Positions 1 through 13,037 of a stretch of 64,000 nt of DNA are shown here, piece by piece. The notes under the pieces were generated by a model. That model was not told the origin of the DNA, ran no database searches, and worked only from the letters and a program-made list of their open reading frames with translations. The DNA comes from Octopus sinensis. Its lineage: Eukaryota. The position numbers and the translations under genes are program-made. Location of the stretch: contig NC_043017.1 in NCBI RefSeq assembly GCF_006345805.1, forward strand, positions 10,540,001 to 10,604,000, given 5' to 3'. The first letter of the stretch is position 1. The number at the start of each line of letters is the position of its first letter.

Positions 1-35
1 TATATAAAAATATCTTGAAATACTAAAGAATAAAT

Positions 36-200
36 TTATTCTATAAAATCGCCATTGGTTCGAACCACGGCATCCAGACGACTTTGGAATCTCCTGCAAC
101 TCTTCTGGATGATCTTGTTTAAGTGGGTGAATGCTGCCATAATCCTTTCCATCAGTTTATGATGCAGGGTCGCCCTGTATCTCTTCTACAGCCAGACACC
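36..200 (-). mobile_element. C-terminal remnant of a Tc1/mariner-superfamily transposase (maT/DD37D-like C-terminus)
   Basis: Minus-strand translation ...KRYRATLHHKLMERIMAAFTHLNKIIQKSCRRFQSRLDAVVRTNGDFIE* (stop at 36-38) resembles the ...RL.AVV..NG.FIE* end of these transposases; upstream part decayed. Confidence 0.55.
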
Positions 201-731
201 TAGGCTTCTCCTTCAGTTCCACTTCGGCCTCTAAACACTTGGCATAGAACCATCGTCCAACCTCTCCACCTCTCAGACACTGGCCCCTTTTTTTTTTCTT
301 TTTTTTTGTAGAATTTCTTTCCTGTTTCCCTTTCCTTCTTCTTCCAGTTCTTCTTGAGTTTCAAATTACTTGGTCACCTCACTGGTGCTGGTGCCACATA
401 AAAATCACTCAGTAAACTCTGTGGAGTGGTCAGTGTTTGGAAGGGCATCTAGCTGTAGAAACCATGCCAAAGGTGAATATGGAGCTCGGCATGGCCCTGC
501 CAAACTGGACAACCCATGCCAGCATGCAAAAATGGATGTTGTATGGTGACGGTGATGAATAGCCAAGTCTATTTAAATGTTGTCCCTGTGTACATGTATA
601 TACACGTGTCATTAGATATTGGACACATGTAACACATTGAAGTATACACACTCACACACATATATCCATGCAATATAAGCATATATATATGTACATCTAG
701 CAATCTTTCTCTCTCTCTACATACATACATA

Positions 732-792
<61 letters not shown>

Positions 793-1549
793 GCAGATAC
801 ACATTGAAATAGACACCCATCTGTCTTCACCAAAATGTTGATGTTGATGATGATGTTATATGATATGTGGTTGTCATGATGACATTTCATATCTTTATGT
901 TGTATTATTATTATTGTTGTTGTTGTTCCCCCCCCCCCGTCTCGTCTCCCCTCATATCTCCCATCCCATTCCTAGTTCGCTGCAAAAGGTTTTTTTTTTT
1001 TATAATATTCTTTTGTTGTTGTTTTTTTTTCTATTATTCTTGTCTGTTTATTTCACATCGACATGTGAAAGAACACAAAAAAAAAATGAATTTAAAAAAA
1101 AAAATTAAAACCATACCGAAACAGAAAACAGAGGTGGGCGACAGGGTGGATTGTCTTTTGGTAAAACTTTGTTGCTGCTGTTGTTGATGTGGCCTTTATT
1201 GCTGCTGCTGTTATTGTTGTTGTTAACGTCACTTGTGTTGTATGTGAAGAGCATGGTGGAGTGGGGGAGGGCCTGGGTGGATTACTTGTGCCTGTTATCA
1301 CTTGTTATCTTGAAGAATTCTCTCAGTTTCTCTTCAAGGGAAACGGAACCCCCTTATAACAATGTCTTTGCTATTGTTTGGCTGCTAAAGAAATGAAAGG
1401 AACCAGCCACCTCTCTCTCCTGCCAGCCTGTAGTCATGTAATCGAGTCATCAAAGGGCTCTCTACTTGGTCTCTTGACCTGCCAAGAAACAGCAGCCAAA
1501 ATCTCCTTCAAGTCATATGTGCACACACAGACACACACACACACACACA

Positions 1550-1599
<50 letters not shown>

Positions 1600-2014
1600 A
1601 ATGCAAAACAAGGTGGAAAAAATAGTACTCAATGACCAAAGGTAGAGTAATATGCTTTTTATTCGAACTGTAAAATTATCACAGAACTGTTACTCAGTTT
1701 CTTCTAAAAATACAGTCCATTTGGCTTTATGATGTGCTTGAGAAGAAGACCCATCAAGCCAAGTAACATTGCAGTCGTGGCAGATACCAGTGTCACGCAA
1801 ATGGCACTCATGCTGGTGGCACATAAAAGCACCCATTACACTCTTGGAGTTGTTGGTGTTAGGAACAGCTGTAGGAACAATGCCAAAACAGACTGGAGTC
1901 TGGTGCAGCCTTTTCCAGCTTGCCAGCCCTGGCCAAATTGTCCAACGCATGTCAGCATGGACAATGGATGTTAAATAATGATGATGATATATCTATCTAT
2001 ATATATATATTTTT

Positions 2015-2361
2015 TTTATTTGTTTCAGTCATTTGACTGTGGCCATGCTGGAGTACTGCCTTTAGTCGAGCAAACCAACCTCAGGTCTTATTCTTTGTAA
2101 GCCTAGTGCTTTATTCTTTCAGTCTCTTTTGCCAAACTGCTATGTTATGGGGCCGTAAACACACCAGCATCGGTTGTCCAGCGATGGCGGGAGGGCAAAC
2201 ACTGACACACACACACATGATGGGCTTCTTGCAGTTTCCGTCTACCAAATCCACAAGGCCCAAGGCTATAGTAGAACACACTTGGCCAAGGTGCCACACA
2301 GTGGGACTGAACCCGGAGCCATGTGGCTGGTAAGCAAGCTACTTACCACACTCCTGTGCCT
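2015..2361 (-). mobile_element. SINE family A (tRNA-derived head, AAAAGAGT-type tail)
   Basis: Reverse complement of the copies at 5334 and 62207; internal (CA)n. Confidence 0.85.
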
Positions 2362-2599
2362 ATAAATATATATGGTTTGATGCTGTTAATACAAATTCTT
2401 ACCTAGTTTCTGTACTGTTTGTTGTTAACCTTTTAATGCCAGTGTGATAAGCAGTCAATAGCTTGACCTTTGGTGGTCAAAGGTTAAGGTTTGTGTTATT
2501 GATTGATCAGCTCTCTTGATCTTTGCACCACTGCAACTGATGTCTATGTTTTTTTGTTGACAGTTATCCATTCCTAAAGCTTGCCAGGATTAGTTTGAC

Positions 2600-3190
2600 A
2601 ATGATGAGAGAGAAATATACACTGGGATAACGTGCTAGTCTACCACACATAACATTTCCCTGATAATCTTGTGGGTGCCGATACCTCTTGACATCTAGGG
2701 TAAAGCAAGGTGATGTCAAATGTAGTGTATGACCACAGAAGCTGTATGATGTGAGATCAGTCTACCCCTGGATATGATGCTAGTCTATCACATGCAGGAC
2801 CTATTACTGTGTACAGCTCGGGTGGACTGAGTTCATGTAGAATGTAGTCTACTGTCAATGAAACTCCATAATGATAATAAACAAATCTCCTCCTGGCTAT
2901 GGCACTAGTCTATCATAGGTAACTTTCCTCAGTGATCCGGTGGTACCTCAGCTAAGGTGAACTGAGCTGATGTAGACTATGGTGTGATACTACAGAACCT
3001 TTGTGATGTGAGATAGTTTTCCTCCTGGATATGACCACAGTCCTTCATAGTATTCCCAGATGATTGTGTGGTGCCTAATGATGGCTAAAGTGAATTGAGG
3101 TTATATAGAATATAATGTATCACTCCAAAGACACTGTGGTGAGAGATATCTCCTGGGAGAGGACACTAGTCTGTCATAAGCGACATTTCC
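2600..3190. repeat. Diverged tandem repeat, about 130-bp unit, about 5 copies
   Basis: Recurring CTGG-ATATGA/CTATGG..CTAGTCTA and GATGTGAGAT anchors spaced about 125-145 bp apart. Confidence 0.6.
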
Positions 3191-4059
3191 TTCCAGTGGT
3201 GGTGGTTGGGGGGTCGGTCAGTCAGACACACATACACACACAAACATGGGCTGCAACACAGTTTCCATCTACCAAATTTACCCATCCACATGATATTACT
3301 CAGCCCTGGGCTGTAATGGAAGGCACCTGCCCAAGGTGCTGTGCTGTGGGACTGAACCTGAAACCACATGGCTGGGAAACAAACCCCTAAACCACACAGC
3401 CACAACAGCGCCTATGAGAGAGAAAGTGGGGTTGGAGTACTTGGCTATCAGTTCTTGTTCTGCTACTGCTGTTGAGGGAATTTGTTTTGTGCCAATGTCT
3501 AAATTTGCAGGTGCATCTTACCCCGGTCTGGTGTTAGAATGACTAAATGCCAATAGAAGAAAACAAAAAAAAATGCAAAGAAGACAGCAACAGCAACAAC
3601 AAAAACAACACAAATAAATTAAAACTATAACAACAGACAATAATAGGAAATGTGTTGAGAATGCAAAAATGCAACAAGAAGAAAATGTGTTCGTGTTAGC
3701 TGACATGAGATTGCGTTGGTGCACTCTGGTGCAATCGTAGTCATATGTGAAGAGCAATTCAACTGCTTTCCCAACATGTCTGCTGCAGTTGCTGTTGTTG
3801 TTGTTGTTGCTGCTATGATTTTTGTTGTTCATATTTCATTTTTCTGCCACCGCCTCCTTCCCCTCCTCCCTTACCGCTCCCGTTCCTGTTTTTTTTTTCA
3901 TGTCATATTTTATCTCTGTTGCGGGGGGGGGGGGGGGCGTGTGTGTGTGTGTTGTGCTGTGTGTGTCTGTGTGTTGTGCTGTGTGTGTGTGTGATTTTTA
4001 AACTCTGTCCTCACCTGACTGTTGTCTCCAGTGTAGTGTTTATGGAGGTGTCTGGTATG

Positions 4060-4095
4060 CGTGTGTGTGTGTATGTATGTGAGTGTATGTATGAT

Positions 4096-4126
<31 letters not shown>

Positions 4127-4325
4127 AAGAGGGAGAGACTATGAACATGTGTGTGTGTGTGTGCGAGTGTATGTATGATTGCGTGTGTGTGAGAGAGAGA
4201 AAGAGGGAGAGACTATGAACATGTGTGGTGTGTGTGTGTGTGTATGTGTGATTGTGTGTGTGTGAGTGTATTATGATTGTGTGTGTGTGAGAGAGAAAGA
4301 GGGAGAGACTATGAACATGTGTGTG

Positions 4326-4362
<37 letters not shown>

Positions 4363-4500
4363 TATGAACATGTGTGTGTGTGTGTGTGTCAATGTGTAAA
4401 GGTTTGTGCATGAATGTATCAACATGAATATGTGTGTGTGTGAGAGAGAGAGAGAATTATGACGGTGTGTGTATGAACATGTGTGTGTGTGTGTGTGTCT
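4060..4500. repeat. Compound minisatellite (GA)n-CTATGAACAT-(GT)n
   Basis: GAGACTATGAACATGTGTG repeated four times, plus variants, between microsatellite tracts. Confidence 0.8.
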
Positions 4501-5333
4501 CTAGAAAGAAGACTTGTGAGATCAAATGAAAATAACTTGTTAACTCCACATTGATTAGAACTTGTCTATCTGTCTGTCTATCTTTTTGTCTGTCCTCTTG
4601 TCTGTCTGTCTGTCTCTCTATAGATGACCTGAGTTGTTGGGGGTAGGTGGGAAACACCTGGGCTTGCATTCTACCCCTCACCCATCTTTCTCGCTGCCAG
4701 ACCCTTTCCCCACTCCACCCCACTCACTCCAGGGGTTGCACTCTCTCCTGCACTTACAGAGGCATCCTTCCTTTCTACCAAACTCTCTCTATCTCCCTCT
4801 CTGTCAAAATGCAATCAGATTTAATTAACACTCTACATCTGTACTGAATGGCTCGGTGGTAAAGAGCTGGACCGTTGAATGAAAGATCACAAGTTCAAGC
4901 TTCACTGCTGGCAATTCGTTTTATTTTTTATTTTTTATCTACCTTTTTTTTTTGTGTTTGCTTATCTGACAAATTTTTTTCTTTTCAATTACATAAACCT
5001 ATATGTGCATTCATCATCATCATCACCATCATCATTGTTTTGCCTGCTTTTCCATGCATGCATGGATTAGATGAAGGTAGGCTGGGACAGGATTGTCTAC
5101 AGCTGGATGCTCTTCCTATTACCAACATCTATTTGTTTCCAAGCTTTGCCACTCCTCTTCCTCTACGTGGATTATGAGTAGGATGCAGGTTGAGGTTTAC
5201 CTTGGTTTGTTAATTGTGTGTGTCTGGGAGTAGGGGAAATCAGTGGGATCGATATCCCAGGGTAGAAGGACTGGATAGTAACAGATGTGACCTTGGTGTG
5301 TATTAAGCATCGCACAAACATATGCATACATAT

Positions 5334-5498
5334 GGCGCAGGAGTGGCTGTGTGGTAAGTAGTTTGTTTACCAACCACATGGTTCTGGATTCCGTCCCACT
5401 GCGTGGCACCTTAGGCAAGTGTCTTCTACTATAGCCTCAGGCCGACCAAAGCCTTGTGAGTGGATTTGGTAGACGGAAACTGAAAGAAGCCCGTCGTA

Positions 5499-5531
<33 letters not shown>

Positions 5532-5746
5532 GCGTGTGTGTGTTTGTGTGCCTGTGTTTGTCCCCCTAGCATTGCTTGACAATCGATGCTGGTGTGTTTA
5601 TGTCCCCGTCACTTAGCGGTTCGGCAAAAGAGACTGATAGAATAAATACTGGGCTTACAAAAGAATAAGTCCCGGGGTCGAGTTGCTCGATTAAAGGCGG
5701 TGCTCCAGCATGGCCGCAGTCAAATGACTGAAACAATTAAAAGAGT
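5334..5746 (+). mobile_element. SINE family A, full length
   Basis: Head GGCGCAGGAGTGGCTGTGTGG (A box) and GGATTCCGTCCC (B-box-like); internal (TA)n(TG)n; 3' end GACTGAAACAATTAAAAGAGT; more than 10 homologues in the window. Confidence 0.9.
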
Positions 5747-5884
5747 ATACACGGCTATGTGGTTTTAGGTTCAATCTCACTATGCTGCATTTTGAGCAAA
5801 TGTTGTGCTCTTGCAATCATTGAATCAACCTGAAACTTGAGAGCAAAATTGAATTCACAGAAACTATGGAAGACCATATTGTGT

Positions 5885-5920
<36 letters not shown>

Positions 5921-6235
5921 GTTTGATGTATTTCATCTTCATGCATGCTCACTGGTTGTAAATAAGAGGTTCATTCATAAGGTGTCGTTTGTTTCTGGTT
6001 CTCCATGTAAACATGTCTGGTCTGTTTGTTGTCCAACAGACGGCGAGATTTATTACCTCACTTGGGAACGAGTAAGGGTTGGCAACAGGAATAGTATGCA
6101 GCCACCTAGCATAGTCTTGCCTGTTCCTTGCTGGCTTGGAGACATTTGCTGCTGAAACTATGACGATGATGATGAAGCATACATCAACACACCTGTAATT
6201 GAAAAGTGAAGGTGTCTGATATGTCTGAATGTGTG

Positions 6236-6502
6236 CCTCGCCTGGCCCCCGTGCCGGTGGCGCGTAAAAAGCACCATACGATCGTGGCCGTTTGCCAGCC
6301 TCGTCTGGCACCTGTGCCGGTGGCACGTAAAAAGCACCCACTACACTCACGGAGTGGTTGGCGTTAGGAAGGGCATCCAGCTGTAGAAACACTGCCAGAT
6401 CAGACTGGGCCTGGTGCAGCCTTCTGGCTTCCCAGACCCCAGTTGAACTGTTCAACCCATGCTAGCATGGAAAACGGACGCTAAACGATGATGATGATGA
6501 TG
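6236..6502 (+). mobile_element. SINE/retroposon family B with (GAT)n tail
   Basis: GGAAGGGCATCCAGCTGTAGAAAC...CCATGCTAGCATGGAAA...AACGATGATGATG; more than 10 homologues in both orientations. Confidence 0.85.
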
Positions 6503-7083
6503 GTGAATGTTTAGGTTATGTGAATGTATGTGTGTGTGTGAAAGAGAGAGAGAGAATGTCATACTGATTCTTCTGAAGAATACAAATGTGGAATATTCAA
6601 CCACTTAGGCTGTCATACAAAAGGGAGGTAACTCCAATTCTCTTATATCCCAATTGACTCAAGTGTTTTTTTTCATGGCTGATAAGAACAGAAGTGAAGT
6701 GGTGGGGTTGGGGTGAGGCATCCATAGCATTTGTTTTGTGTTTATTTCTTTTATTTTGATAAACTTGCACATGAGACAATGCAGATGGCAGAGTTGACTG
6801 CTTATTGTTCTGTCAAACAAAATTTTAGCTGTTTATTGCCCTCTCAGGGATGGCGCTATGGTACTTCCATCACTAATATCTTTTATTTTTTAACCCTGTT
6901 TCAGTCAATGGACTGTGGCCCAGCTGGGGCACTGCTATCAAAGGGTTTAGTTAAAACAAATTAGCCCTAGTACTTATTTTTTTAAATATCTAGTACTTAT
7001 TCCATCAGTTTTCTTTTGTTGAACTGCTGTGTTACAAGGCCATAAACAAACCAACACTGGTCGGGAAGCAGTGGGTGGGACAG

Positions 7084-7149
<66 letters not shown>

Positions 7150-7459
7150 GGAGGCACATAGCTTAATAGTTTGGTTGTTGCGCTCATGATTACAGCACTG
7201 TGGTTCTGATTCCTGGACTGGATAAATATGTTGTCTTCTTGAGCGAAAGAATTCTTCTCACCTTGCTCCATTCCACTCAACTGACAAAGAGTGAGTAATC
7301 CTGCAATGGACTGGCAAACTATCCAGGGGGGAAATAAGATTCAACACAGAATCCACGAATCCAGCCTTAAGAGCCTATGGTTTGGGAAGGACCTTTATAT
7401 GCATGTATCTGCATATCTGTGTGTGTGTGTGTGTATGTGTTTGTATACATACATACACA

Positions 7460-7720
7460 CAAGGTGTGTGGCCTAGTGGTTAGGTTGTTGCACTCATAAT
7501 CACTAGATCATGAGTTCAATTTGTAGACCAGGCAGCATGTTGTGTTCTTGAGCAAAACACTTCATTTGACATTGCACGTCTCCTTTCGATCAAGAGGGAG
7601 TGTTGGCCTGCTTGCGTAGCCAACAAGATGGTATCATTTGATAGCTAAAACAATGCGAAGCACATTGTGACCAGCGATGTGTAACAGCGTCTGATAGTCT
7701 GGTCAGTCACATGATATGTA
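7460..7720 (+). mobile_element. tRNA-derived SINE family F
   Basis: Head GGTGTGTGGCCTAGTGGTTAGG...GAGTTCAAT is shared with 10262-10560 and 12470-12570; 3' part GCTAAAACAATGCGAA...TGTGACCAGCGATGTG is shared with 16385-16490. Confidence 0.7.
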
Positions 7721-7744
7721 TGTGTATGTATATATATATATTTT

Positions 7745-7960
7745 CAAAATGTGACCGTGTGTGTACCGTTGGCGAGTTTTTTTCCTCTGTCTTCCCTTCT
7801 CTGGATCTTTCCTTCTCCTATGTTTCCGACGAAGAGCTCCGCTCGAAACGTTAAACCCTCCTTCTTCCCTTCCTTCCTGAGTGTCCAATAATACTATATT
7901 TGTTCCACTTCCTCGCGTTGTTGTGTTTTTTTCGTGTTTTCATGTTTGGATTAACTTTAT
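7745..7960 (+). mobile_element. Short repeat family D carrying a hammerhead-like fold, ending in (TA)n
   Basis: Near-identical inverted copy at 54395-54590; contains GTTT-CCGACGA-A-GAGC-TCC-GCTC-GAAAC-GT-T-AAAC. Confidence 0.75.
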
Positions 7961-8956
7961 ATATATATATATACACACATGTTGAAATTCCACACTGTTT
8001 CTGACTACCAGTTTTACTCATAAGGCAGTGGTCAGTCCAAGTTTTTTAAAGTAGAAGTCATTTGACCATGGTGCCATGCAGTGGGACTGAACTTGAAACC
8101 ATGGGGTTGGGAAACAATCTTCTTAACCACGCAGCCATGAGTCCACCTGGCTGTAAATAGGCTCCACCATGAAGCATAACTCACTTCTACAACCAGCACC
8201 AGCAGCCCCAATGCCGTTTGCTGGCCCTCTCTATACTAGTGCTAAAGTTGCTCTCAGAGGGGAAGAAATATCTGTGAGGGTTCAGAGAGTCCTTGCTGGA
8301 GTGGAAAATGGAAAGGGTTTGAGGGATCCCTCTCTGTCTATCTGTTTCAATGCTTCAGAAAACTGGACCTCAGCATCAAAGCAGTTTCATGGATGAGAGA
8401 GTTTCATTAACCAGAAAGGATTAGCTTACCTGACAAGACTTGACGAGGCAGCTGATAGCTGGCAGTTGATTAGTTATGGTGGCTTATTCTTTGTGTATGA
8501 AAAAGAATATAAAACTATTTCAGATTAACAATGTGTAGGGGGGGGTGGAAGCAGTGGAGTGGATTCTTTTGTGGTGTGAAGTGGTGGTGGTGGTGGTGGT
8601 GGTAGTTGTGTTAATGATAGTGGTGGTGGTGGCAGTGGAGAGATGTAAACTTAGGTATGGAAAGGGAGAGAGAGAGAGAGAGAGTGTGTGTGTGTGTGTA
8701 TCAGATGTTTGTAGTTTCAATAAATATGTTGGATAAAGATAAACATTTTTGGGTTGTTTAATCCCAAATGAAACCTGATTGAGCAAGTTAATAATTAAAA
8801 CCATTCCAATCATGACCGCCCTGTCTGTTTCACTATACCAGGAATTATATTGTGCAATGTACCCTTTTTATAAGGTGTGATTGGTTACTGTTTCTAGCAG
8901 GTTGGGCCACCGCATAGAGGTTAGCTCATCTTTGCTTGTCATCCTGTGTAGTTTTA

Positions 8957-9436
8957 TCTCTCTATATATAAACGGAAGTTTGTCTGTCTGTGTGTCTGTC
9001 AGGTTGTACCCTCACCCTGACCACGGCTTTCAACCGATTCTGATGAAACTTGACACACACATAGCCCAATGTCATAATTCAAAACTAACGCAGCGATAAA
9101 TTCGACATGGGGTCGAGAATCTAAGCTTTTTATATGCAACACATTTTCTGCTGTAGTTTTCGCAACTTGCAATCGATTTTCACCAAACTCATGGTGGAGC
9201 TTAATGTTACCCTTAGAAACTTAATTCTGACGTTAGTTTTCCATGCAATACCTTACCATCAGAAAAAATCGATAAAATCATGCCATTTTGGGAAATCGCG
9301 TTCAAATTCAAGATGACATATTTTCGACAATATCTTTCACAAATTGGCAGGAATTTTTTAAAAATTCACAGCGAGCATCATGTCTGTTCCAGGGGCTCTT
9401 ACATACCCGGGCAATGCCAGGCTATGCTGCTAATAG
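8957..9436 (+). mobile_element. Non-autonomous Helitron-like element
   Basis: 5' A|TCTCTCTATATATAAACGGAAGTTTGTCTGTCTGTG; 3' subterminal hairpin CCCGGGCAATGCCAGG (9406-9421) followed by a degenerate CTAG-like end; 5' end shared with the inverted element ending near 29535. Confidence 0.65.
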
Positions 9437-11659
9437 TTAATAAATGATATGTCTAGCGTGGTACACTAGTGTGGAGAGGGCTTAAAAGATGTTATACTCA
9501 TCATCATCATCATCATTCAGTGTCTGTCTTCCCTATTGATATGGGTTGGACAGGATCTGAAGAGTCGGAGGAATATGGTGAGTTTCAGTATCTGCTTTGG
9601 CATGGCTTTTACAGTTTGATGTTAACCACTTTACATCGTGGACTGGCTGCTGTTTACGTGAGGTTGCCATGTAACTTGTAAGACAAATGAAAATTCTTTC
9701 AACTGGGTGAGGGTGTCGTACAGAAGGAAGTGGCTTGATGCCAGGTTTTGAGAGGCTGAAGTATGAGAGACAAGAACTGGTACCTGGCTATAGAGGAGGT
9801 ACGTGACTATCCTGCATGATATAAGGATGTTTTAGCCAATCCTGTATGGATAGATAGATGTAAACACCATGTCTGTTTACAAGTGTAAAATATTTTCATA
9901 GACAGTAAAAATGGGTGGATTAGTTTCAATCTTGTTTGGGATTGACAAGTTATTCTTCAGTTGCCTACAAAAACATTGCTGTAAACCTATTGTTATTAAG
10001 AAGGACTCCATTAAATTGGAGAATCTGATTTGCATCTGTAACACAATTCATGTAAATGATATCCTTTGTTGGCAAGCTTTTATGAAAAACATGTCGAGCT
10101 ATGGGAGAAATATTACTTTGCTTGGGAACAACAGATCAGGGTTGGTGACAGGAAGAGCATCCCATTGTAGAAAATCTACTTCTTTTTTTTTTTATTATTG
10201 AAAAAAAAAAAAAATCTACTTCTACAAATTCTGTCCCACCCGTGCAAGCGTGGAGAAGTGAAGGTGCATGGCCTAGTGATTAGGGTGTTGCACTCATGAT
10301 TGCGAGACATCGGTTTCAATTCCCAGCCTGGGCATTGCATTTTGTTTTCGAGCAAAGCACTCCATCTCACATTTCTCTGCGATCATTTCGTCATCTGACA
10401 TGTTGCACCTGTTGCAGGTAATGCTGATTTGATAGAGGGAGTGAGCTCATGTGAACACAAACATTTTATCACCATAAACAAATCCTCTGTGTAGTTATTC
10501 AGCAAGAAATTGCCAAACCCACATACATTGTCTAACAACAATGGGGTCTGTGATGCGTGTGTGTGTGTGGATATATCTTTTTGTTTTTCTCTTATTCCAA
10601 CCAGTAGGCTGTGGCCATGCTGGGGCACCACCTTGAAGAACTTTTAGTCAAACAAATTGACCCCAGGACTTATTTTATTTTTTTAAGCCTGGGACTTATT
10701 CTATCAGTCACTCTTGCTGAGTTGCTAAGTCATGGAGACATTAACACACTAACACAGGTTGTCGACCGATGGTAGGGGCCAAACACACACACACATATAT
10801 GTGATGAGCTTCTTTCATTTTCCATCTCCCAAATCTACTCACAAGCCCAAGGCTATAGTAGAAGACACCTGCCCAAGGTGTCACACAGTGGGACTGAACC
10901 TGGAACCATGTGGTTGAGAAGCAAGCTTCTTATCGCACAGCCATCCCCTAGGCAGGTGTAAACTCCAAGCCTGTATATTCAGTCTCTTTGTTGACAGCAA
11001 AATAGGAGTCTGCTGGAATGGTTTCAGTCCCGTGGTGGGATTTCATTAGCAACTCTGCTGTGAAAGCAGGGGTTAGCATTGTAGGGTGTGATGTACTTTT
11101 GTTGTAGTGTAGTGTAGTGTGGTGTGGCTGTGGTATGTCGTAGTAGTAGTATAAGTTATTAAGAATATAAAATATCGTTTAAAAACCATCATCACCTGAT
11201 TGAATGAGATTCCAGAGAACTCTCTAACTCGTCAAACGACTACCGTGTGTGTGTGGGGGGGGAAGAGAGAGAGAGAGAGAGCTAGGTGTGTATATGTGTG
11301 TGTGAAAGAGAGAGTTAGGTGTGAATGTGTACGAGTGTGTGGGGGGGAGCTAGGTATGAATGTGTTTGTATGTGTGTTTGAGGAAAATGCTCCTAAGTTT
11401 GGACATATCTTTGTGAACTCTGTATTGATGTGAATGTGAGTGAACTGTGTGTGTCTGTCTGTCTGTCTGTCTATCTGTCTGTCTGTCTCCGATAGTGATT
11501 TATATAGATGTGTGATTGTTGAAAGTGTAGAAGTTGCGTGTGTGTGTGTGTGGTGTGTGTGTGTGTGTGTATATGTAAGCTGTATGTGTGTGTGTGTAAG
11601 AGAGAAAGAGAGACTAGCTTATTTACTCAATGAAATTAAGGTGGCATAAGAATTCAGCT

Positions 11660-11694
<35 letters not shown>

Positions 11695-11739
11695 TATGAA
11701 TGCATACATGTGTGTGTGTGTAAGTTTACACACAGACAC

Positions 11740-12000
11740 ACACTCGCGCTGAGTTACTTCCTCAGGTGCCAGCAGTAAAATATTCACAGAGTGACCGAGA
11801 CAGCCACCCAGCCAGCTGGCCGGCCGGCCGGCCTGACAAACAGTCAGCTGGACACTCGGACAGACAGCTACCTGTGACTACAGTCCTGATATTTCTGTGT
11901 AATTCTGCTCCAAACATCCATACTGGTTGACCATGTGGTTCCTTACTAGCAGTGACCAACAGACTGCCCGATAATCTGTTGGTCAGTCCCTTCCTCTCTG
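11740..12000 (+). promoter_or_regulatory. GC-rich unique island; candidate promoter, enhancer or non-coding first exon of the NR5A gene
   Basis: Non-repetitive and CpG-containing; E-boxes at 11763 (CAGGTG), 11813 and 11845 (CAGCTG); GGCCGGCCGGCC; 11-bp hairpin at 11953-11985. No transcript evidence. Confidence 0.3.
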
Positions 12001-12597
12001 CCCCACCCTTGGCACTCTTCTTCTACCACCCACTTCACTGTCCCTCCCCCCTCTCTCAAAAGAGACTAAAACTGCTGTTAAACCATTTCTACAGACATTT
12101 CTGTGAGTTTTTTTCTTTTTTGTTCTGTTTTGTTTTTTTGTTTTGTTCTTTGCTTTTTTTTCTGCCTCCTTCTCCTCCCCTTGCCCAGCCCCTCACCCTT
12201 GATTGTGAACATTTTTCAGATTTTACTCCCAGCACCACCCTTACTGCCCTAACACCACCAATGTTAACACCTGGATGAACCACTACAGCCACCACCACCA
12301 CCACCACCACCACCACCACCTCCAGCACAACAGCCACCACCTTAGCACCACCACCTCTACCCACTTCTGTCATTACCACCACCACCACCATTACCATCTC
12401 TATCATTTTATCATCAACATTATCATCATCACCACCACCAAATGGACATAAATGTGTGTGTGTGTGTGGAAGGCATATGGCCTAGTGGTTTGGGTGTTGT
12501 ACTTACAATCACCAGATCATGGGTTCAGTTCCTGAAGCTAGCAGCACATTGTGTTCTGGAGCACAATATATGTGCATATATATATATATCTCTTTTT

Positions 12598-12993
12598 TCT
12601 CTTTTTACTTGTTTCAGTCATTTGACTGTGGCCATGCTGGAGCACCACCTTTAATCGAGCAACTCAACCCCGGGACTTATTCTTTGTAAGTCCAGTACTT
12701 ATTCTGTCGGTCTCTTTTGCCGAACCGCTAAGTGGCGGGGACATAAACACACCAGCATCGGTTGTCAAGTAATGCTAGGGGGACAAACACAGACACACAA
12801 ACATACACGCACACACATATATATATACATATATACGACAGGCTTCTTTCAGTTTCCGTCTACCAAATCCACTCACAAGGCTTTGGTCGGCCCGAGGCTA
12901 TAGTAGAAGACACTTGCCCAAAGTGCCATGCAGTGGGACTGAACCTGGAACCATGTAGTTCATAAGCAAGCTACTTACCACACAGCCACTCCT
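12598..12993 (-). mobile_element. SINE family A, full length
   Basis: Reverse complement of 5334-5746. Confidence 0.9.
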
Positions 12994-13006
12994 ATGTATA
13001 TTTGTT

Positions 13007-13037
<31 letters not shown>

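Noticed and set aside
5288-5296. NR5A binding sites TGACCTTGG at 5288 and 34658 as autoregulation
   Set aside because: About two matches to a 4-fold degenerate 9-mer are expected by chance in 64 kb on two strands.
5334-5410. tRNA-like A/B boxes at SINE heads as tRNA genes
   Set aside because: No complete cloverleaf; each continues into a multi-copy SINE body.
5949-6455. Recurrent peptide GVWEARRLHQAQSDLA.FL.LDALPNANHS in several ORFs (also 34832, 37365, 40067)
   Set aside because: Antisense reading of the family B repeat, not a gene family.
11195-11245. Hammerhead-like CTGATTGA...CAAAC
   Set aside because: Several core mismatches and no stem I or stem III.
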